A DNA stretch of 64,000 nucleotides, taken from the human T2T-CHM13v2.0 reference genome, Homo sapiens. Positions 56,882 to 64,000 of this stretch are shown piece after piece. Below the pieces are notes generated by a model. It ran no database searches. It saw only the letters and a list, made by a program, of their open reading frames with translations, and was not told the DNA's origin. The stretch's first letter is position 1, and each line of letters starts with the position of its first letter. The position numbers were made by a program, and so were the translations under genes. The stretch lies in assembly GCF_009914755.1 (NCBI RefSeq), contig NC_060931.1; one strand, 5' to 3'.

Positions 56882-57064
56882 TCTTTCCTAGATATAGACA
56901 AGGGAGGGCCTCAGAGCAATGTCAATGCAGTTTTTCTACAGATGCAAATCTCCTCCACAAAAGACAGCTTTGCAGGGCTATTTTTGTTTGCTGGCCTTCT
57001 CAACAGCCACCTCAAAGTATAACAAAAAGTTATATTTTGGAGTAAAATATTTTGATTCTTCTCA
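56882..57064 (-). mobile_element. MER39/MER34-family LTR, 5' piece
   Basis: Reverse complement begins TGAGAAGAATCAAAATATTTTACTCCAAAATAT...GCCCTGCAAAGCTGTCTTTTGTGGAGGAGATTTGCATCTGTAG. Confidence 0.75.
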
Positions 57065-57705
57065 AAATAAAACACGTAAATAGACATTTTTAAAAGTTGA
57101 CAGTAATTCCATTCCATCAAGTCATTATAAAAATTTTCATGTCATTAAGTCTTTCCTATCCATATTTTACATAGCTGTCAAACTTCTCTATATCTCATTT
57201 TGTCTTTTTTTCTCGTATGATAAAACACATTTTTGCAAATCATTTGCACACAAGGTTTTAATGACTATTATTGATAGTATGTATGATAATTTATTTAACT
57301 TTTACAACGAACTAAGATATTTAATGTATCTCAGATAGGTTGGTAGCACACGTCTCACTCTAATAAATACTCTTCTATATCAGTTTTATGTTGTATTTTT
57401 AAATATTGATGCAGATAGAGTACAAGTAGTAGTTATTTCCTAAGATAAATTTGCAAATAGAGTTCAGGCTTACAGAAATAGTGTAAAAAAAAAGAATTCC
57501 ACCTAAATAAATCATTATAAAGCCAAACCCAAATGAAGAGATGAGAAGGGATGACACAGTAAGGGTGGTAAGGCCTGGGTGACTAAACAGGTCACAGCTG
57601 GGGAGTAGCTCTTTTGGGACAAAGCCAATTCAGGCCAGAATCTTATGGGTTGCCTGGATTTATGTCACTGATTTTCATCTTTCCTGATGAGCCTATATGT
57701 CTTTA

Positions 57706-57747
57706 TTAAGAATGTAAACTGTGGATTTAAGAATGTAAACTGTGGAT
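57706..57747 (+). repeat. Perfect 21-bp tandem duplication
   Basis: ttaagaatgtaaactgtggat x2. Confidence 0.95.
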
Positions 57748-57912
57748 CAGAAAATGTGCCAGAACCGTTTAACCAAAGACCTCCCCTTCCCTCCATTTAA
57801 CCATATCTTAACACCGTCTGTAAAAAATTATCTCTACTCTCAGCTTTGCCACTTTTTTGGGATTGAGCCAAGGAATGGGCCTCAGTTTTCCTGAGCACCT
57901 CATGAACAGCAT

Positions 57913-58372
57913 TGTAAAATTGAATAATTCAAACTTAAAGCTCCTGAAACTTTCAGAGTTTTAGGAGTTTCTCTCTTGTGCCTTGAGAGAAATATGACTA
58001 TGTGGTCTGAGTCTTGGGGCATGTAGCTGCAATTTCTGCCTTTTTTTCTGTAAATAATTAGGAAAGCCATATAGTGCCAGAGATAAGATCATCTCAGATC
58101 GCTACTCCTTCTCATGGAGTAATAATCTTCCTTGGAATGTAGTAATCTGTAAACAATCAAATTGTTGTAACATGTGCATTTGTTTCACACAGAAGATGTA
58201 ATTTTGCTAAAATGTCTGTTTATGCCTATAAGTGAGGCTTTAACTTCTCCACATTGGAATACTGGTTCCATTGGTTTGGAGTAGGTATCTCCCAGGTGCT
58301 CATACTCAAAATTTGTGCTGAAATAAACTCTTTATTTAATCGTATTTTCTGAATCTCATTATTTAAGGTTTC
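57913..58372 (+). mobile_element. 5' LTR of second class I (ERV1-group) provirus (MER67-like, tentative)
   Basis: tgtaaaattgaataattcaaacttaaagct start, tataag ~58228, AATAAA ~58322, ...atctcattatttaaggtt end, followed by leader and gag. Confidence 0.7.
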
Positions 58373-61300
58373 TAAGGGATCCGAAATGAACCTTCAGTGA
58401 ACACTGTCACTTTGCCGATAACTACAGCCTTGGTACCAGCATGAAAGACTTAATGCTGAGTCGCTGGGGATCTCAGGTAGATGACCTCTCAAGTCCAAAC
58501 TCATGTGTTTGAGGATTCAGACTTCATTCAAGCTACACGCATTCTTGAATTGACAAGGTTGGAACTGAAGCGCTATTGCAAGGTGGGAGTTTCATTTGTT
58601 ATTCTTTAGAGATTCTGCTGATTGAAAATTGTGGTTTTTCACTTCTCTTTCAGGCTTAGGTTTTGATTGGAACTACTCCTTAGAGTTTTTCAATGGGAGT
58701 TTTTCCTCTCATTTGACATTTTCGTCAGGCAAAAAAAAAAAACAAAAAAACAGTGTCTCTTTGAAAAGAGGAAGTGAATACCTGTAGCTTAAGAAAAACA
58801 TTTGTAATATTTAAAACTGGCCATATTTTGAAGCTGAGTCCAATTGACTTTCTTCTTGACTAACCGAAATTATAAAAGGCTCTCTATGAGAATGACATAA
58901 GTCCTCAAGATATGAGAAACTGCTCCTCCATGCCAAAATGAACCTTAGGCTGCCATGGTCCTGCAGGAATGTTGGAGCTTATCACCCATGATATGAAATG
59001 GTCTCACAGGAAATCTTTTAAGAACATACAGGGAACTTTGCTTAATCTGGTGGACACACATAAAGTTGATCACCTGGTGCCTTAAGTACCCAAGTCTCTT
59101 GGGATCACTGAGATGCCTACAAGAGAAGAACTGACTCAAGGGTGACACCTTGAGGAGCTTTTCCCACAAATGGCACACTGGATCCCAAACAACGCTTACT
59201 AGGTCTTTTTGGTCATTCAAAAGGAAAGGAAAGTCTAAATTATGGGCACTTAACATTTCTAAAACTGACTCTTCCTCCTAAGGAGAGAGCCAGCATTAGA
59301 AACACCAGCAGGATTTATATTTAATACTAACAGTGCCTTTTCATGCAAATGTTTAGGAAACTGGTCTCACATAACTTATAATGACCACAAATTACAATGG
59401 CCAAAATGAAGTGCCTTTGTAATACTTAAACTAGTTTATCTGCATTCTCAATTAGAAAAAGTCAGCTCTAAAATAAAACTTAATATAAGGGAAAACTATT
59501 TTCAACGGTACTTAGAAGCTTCTAAGAGCTTCCGATAAAGTCATTTGTTTGCCAAAGGAAAACAAAAGATTATCTGAAACTATTTTGAATTTAAAAAAAA
59601 AACAAAAACAAACAAACAAACAAAAAACCACTGCTGAAATGATCCTCCCTCTTTCAGCTCCTACTCCTCTTTTGTCCGAACTTCCCCGTCTGGACTTTCA
59701 TCCCTCTACCCCTCCTCCTTGTTCTGCTGTTCCGGCTCCATTTTGGAAATACCCTGTATTTGTTGGGTGAGAACCTGCTTTGATTTATCAAGCATGGTCA
59801 AAAGTAAAACTTAAAGGTATAATGAAAGAATTCCTGGGCCCTCTTTGGGGTCCTATTTGATTTGTTAAAACACTTAAATTAAACATTTAAACTTATGATT
59901 TCAGATTCTATGATTTGTATCGATTGGTTCACATATTAGTGTCAGAAAGTAAAGCCAAAGATTGCATGGCAAAGGCAAATTGGAGAAATTCTCTAAAAGT
60001 ATTTCATAAATTTTCGGAAGAAGATTGTGCAGATGTTCGCAATACTGCCAAAGGTTTACTAGACACTATCCCCATAGTTTTTCAAAGAGTAGGTCAGTAG
60101 AACAAAATACAACAATGCTGACAAAATATTGAAAAGGCTGCAATGACAAACTATAAAGGATTTGAGAAAAATCTTAAGCAATATTCAAGCATATCAGAAG
60201 AAAGTTATGCTAACTACCAAAATGATACTCTCCTTAATTTGAATGTTTTAAGTTGGAGATTTGATGAGTAACTGGCAGTCATAATAAAGAGGCAATGCCC
60301 CAGTTAGGCTACCTCTCAAACTTATGATCTAGTTAATTTGGCTGATAAACATTCCATACCCTAACCAAGGTAAAAAAGAAGAGGAAGTTAAACAGAAAGG
60401 AAAAGCAAATAAGATCATGAGTTTACAACAAAAACAATTGTCCAACCAATTTATAGCCCATAAACCGTCTAATACATTTCAAAACTGACCTAGTCCCCTG
60501 CTTTGCAATTACTACAAAAAGCCTAAGCATTTCAAAAGGGACTGTAGAAAATTAAAATGGAAAACACAGCAACAGACCAAAGAAAAATAAGAGTGGGTAT
60601 GCTCTGAGGAAATCAAAGGGAGCTTCTCATTTTTCCTCACTGACACTTTAGGGGAAATTAAAATTAATTTAAATAGAGAACAAACACAGGCTCTTATTGA
60701 CACTGGAGCTAAGTTATCAGTGATAAATTTCACATTATTACAAGGTCCCATTTCTCAGAGTTAAAAAAAATGCAAATGGTGTGTATAAAGATAGTTCTAT
60801 ATCAGTATATGAATCTCGACCAACAGTTTTTCAGTTAGGTCCCCTACAGAAAATGTGTGCTTTCCTCTTGGTTCCCTCAGCCCCATTTATCTGATGGTGG
60901 GAGACTTTTTAGAATTATACAATACCCACACCTCTTTCTCTCAAAAAGTGGAAATGTACTTAGAATTAGAAATGAAATAGAATTATTAGGTCTAAAAGTT
61001 TTTCAAAATATTATACTTTTAATTCACAAATTACGATTCATATTGTCATGGAGAAAAACAAGTTGTTAAATAATGAAGAATTTCAAGAGCTATTAAAAAT
61101 AGTACCAAATAAATTGTAGTCAAATCTCCCACCAATATTGGAAAAATAATTTTGGCTGCCCCAATTAAAATTCAAATAGATCCACCAAAACTTCTTTCAA
61201 CCATTAGCCAATACCTTCTAAGATCAGAGGCCTTGTAAGAGATAAGTCCTATAATTTTGGATTATATAGAAAAGCTTAATTATTTATTGAAACACTCCAA

Positions 61301-64000
61301 TTATCCACATAAGGAAACCAAATTTTAGAGGGCAGAGATTTGTACAGGATCTGGGAGCAATTAATAACACAGTCAAAATGAACCTTACGCTGCTAAGGTC
61401 CTGCAGGAATGCTGGAGATTAGTACCCTTAGCACCCATCAAATAGTACCCTATATGCTGTTGACTGCCATTCCAACTGTAGGTGACTTCTTTACTCTAAT
61501 AGATCTATGTAGTACATTCTTCAGCATTTCTTGGACAAATATAGTTAATTTCTCTTTGCCTTCACTTGGGAAGACAGATAATACACAGGGACTGTTATGC
61601 CTTAGGGATATACTTAGAGCCCAACTTAGTTTTCGCAAATGATAAAAGCAGACCTCTCAGATATCAGCTTCCCTAAGAAGTCTGCGTTGATGGAGTATAC
61701 AGGCAGTTTACTTCTCTGCTCAGGGGATAAGCAAGCCCCCATAAAAGCTGAAATTAATTTATTACAATTAGTGTCAAAGAGACACAAGGTCTCAAAGGAA
61801 AAACTTCTGTTCTGCCCAAAACAAGTAAGATATTTGGGTCCCCTAATGTCAAAGAAAGGTCTTTTTATCAATCTGGATAGAGTAAAAAGAATATTGGCTT
61901 TCCTTTCCCCAAAAACTAAGAAACAAAAATTTTAAGGTTGGAAGCATACTGCAGAAATTAGATTCTAAACTTCTCCTTAAAACCTCAGTCTTTATATACT
62001 CTTTTAAAACAAGATAAGCTAGAACCCCTGGAATGGGCAGAAGAAAACAAATTATCATTGCAAGAAATTTGTAAAAGAGTTTTATAGATATCCCAGCATT
62101 CAGGCATCCAAATTATAATATCTTATTATTATTGATTGTTCATGAGAATCAGGGAACTGCCTTAGGTGTTGACTCAAAAACATAAGAGATCAAAATAAGA
62201 ACTGTAGGATGCTATAGTCAACAATTGAACCCTGTGGCTAAAGAATTGCTACCTTGCATGAAAGCAGTAACTGCTACTACAATACTAATAAAAGCAAATG
62301 AAGGAATAATGATGGGATCTTTGTTCATTGTCTTTGATCCACATTCTGTGAAAGCATTTCTAAACTTGCATCACATTCAACACTATTCATTTAGTAGACT
62401 GGCTTCTTATGAAGTTCTTCTTATTTCTGCTCCCTATATTACAGTCTTCAGTTGTAATAATGTAAATCTTGCCACTCTTCTGCTTCTGTCTTCTGATGAA
62501 ATACCACATAATTGCATAATCCTAAACAACCAGCTTCTCTCTCTTAGGATGGACCTGCACGAAACCCCCCTTACTAACAATGATGTTATTTGGTTTACAG
62601 TTGCACCTTACTTAAAGAGTGCATTTGGAAATTATCATGCAGGTTATGCTGTAGTATATTTAACTGAGCAAACAGAAAGGGCTTATATTCCAGGAGCAAC
62701 TTCAGCTCAACAAGTAGAGTTAATAGTATTAATTAAGCCTGTCAACGGGCAAAAGGGATCACTTCCAATATTTATACATGAAAATTTATATAATATTTAT
62801 AATATTTATGCTGGTCAGAGTAGCTTATGATTTTGGAAATCTATGGAAACAAAAAGGATTTCTAACCTCTTTCGATCAGTTCATAAAAAATGGACACCCT
62901 GTTTCATAATTATTGGAAGCTATATTATTACCAAAATATAGCCATTATCAAGATCCCAGAACATTCAAAGTCAAATACTACAGAAAGCAAGAGAAATCAG
63001 TTAGCAGATAATAGAGTAAAAAGAGCTGCCCTAAGTGTATCTGAACAAGAAAATCAACCCATTTTAGCTTTCAAAAAGCGCTTGATTTTGATATAAAATT
63101 AGTTTAATCCAAAGCTCCAAAAATAAAACAAGAAAATTGGGAGACAAAAGGGAAACATACTCTTCCAAGACTGGGCTGTTGTATAGACCAAATGGTCTAG
63201 TTATACTTCCAATCAAATTACAATCATCTTTCTTAACTTATGTTCATGTTTTAACTCATTGGAGCCCCAGTAAGATGGTTCCTTGGAGAAAACAATATAA
63301 TCATCATATCTGCGCCAAACATAATCCAGGGAAACATTTACATAGTTTTCAAGGTACTTTTCCTTTACCAGAAAGCCCTTTCAAGGTATAGCAACTAGAT
63401 TTTATTCAGCTACCACCATCAGAAGGATTCAAGTACATTCTAGTAACAGTTTGTATGTTTTCTCATAAAGTAGAAGCATTTCCATCCAGAAGAACAACAG
63501 CCTTAGCAGTAAGTAAAATTCTCTTAGAAAAAATTATTCTGACTTGGGGAGTTTCGCGAGAACTTCACAGCAACAGAGGTAGTCATTTTATTGGCAAATA
63601 ATCCAGTCAGTATACAAAAGCTGGCTCACTCTCCAACATTTTCATTGTGCCTATCACCCTCAGTCATCTGGCTTAGCGGAAAGCACAAACAAAATAATCA
63701 AACTCAACTGGCAAAATTAACTGAGATTTTTTAAATTCCTTGGCCAAAAGCTTTTCCATTGGTTTTGCTTAAACTAAGATCAACTCCTTTTGCTAAATAC
63801 CAACTGTTTCCATTGGAAATTATAACAGGCAGGTCTATAAAATTATTTTCAGAAAAGTATAGATCTATGATACTAATAGGGGATATGTTGTATTATTGCA
63901 GGAGGCTTATAAGGCAGCTAACTAAAGAGTGTAATTCAGTAAGACTCTTTCTACAGTGAACTCCCAGAAGATACAATCTTAAGGACCAGGAGACTTCAAG
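58373..64000 (+). mobile_element. Decayed class I ERV internal region: leader, gag, pro, pol (RT, RNase H, integrase), running off the window
   Basis: Zinc-knuckle remnant LCNYYKKPKHFKRDC (~60502); protease ALIDTGA (60690-60710); RT RFVQDL, FFTLIDL, HKVSKEKL..QVRYLG; tether/RNase H ORF 62225-62830; integrase QLDFIQLP..FKYILV, YHPQSSG (~63392-63690); many stops. Confidence 0.92.

Noticed and set aside
62225-62830. Longest ORF in the window (201 aa), candidate domesticated retroviral gene
   Set aside because: Non-ATG start, RNase H catalytic motif degraded (WFTVAPY instead of WFTDGS), flanked by stops and frameshifts; an ordinary pol remnant.

Overview
AT-rich, repeat-dense primate genomic DNA, most likely human because it carries an AluYd8-like element. 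It reads as intergenic or deep intronic. I could not identify any intact protein-coding gene, tRNA/rRNA gene or CRISPR array, and the longer ORFs I checked in the track come from microsatellites, Alus, L1 or decayed ERVs. Main content: two related, decayed class I (gammaretrovirus-like) proviruses on the + strand (~6.8-12.4 kb and ~57.9 kb to the window end), two L1PB-type LINEs, shorter L1PA pieces, about 13 Alu copies or fragments, and solo LTRs (LTR12, THE1/MST, MLT1, LOR1, MER9, MER77-like, MER39-like) plus a Tigger3a. The most notable unexplained signals are: (1) a branchpoint + polypyrimidine + AG|GTAAGA recursive-splice-type site at 33649/33650; (2) a 27-nt microexon candidate 2 kb downstream, with a sense-oriented LTR12 promoter upstream of both; (3) several local template-switch scars, namely a ~180-bp near-perfect inverted duplication, a fold-back inside a microsatellite and a leader-to-pol copy in the second ERV; (4) a ~2.4-kb patchwork of truncated repeat fragments at 12.4-14.8 kb. 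None of this demonstrates a new biological system. Subfamily names come from recalled consensus sequences, not from a database search, and many boundaries are approximate.
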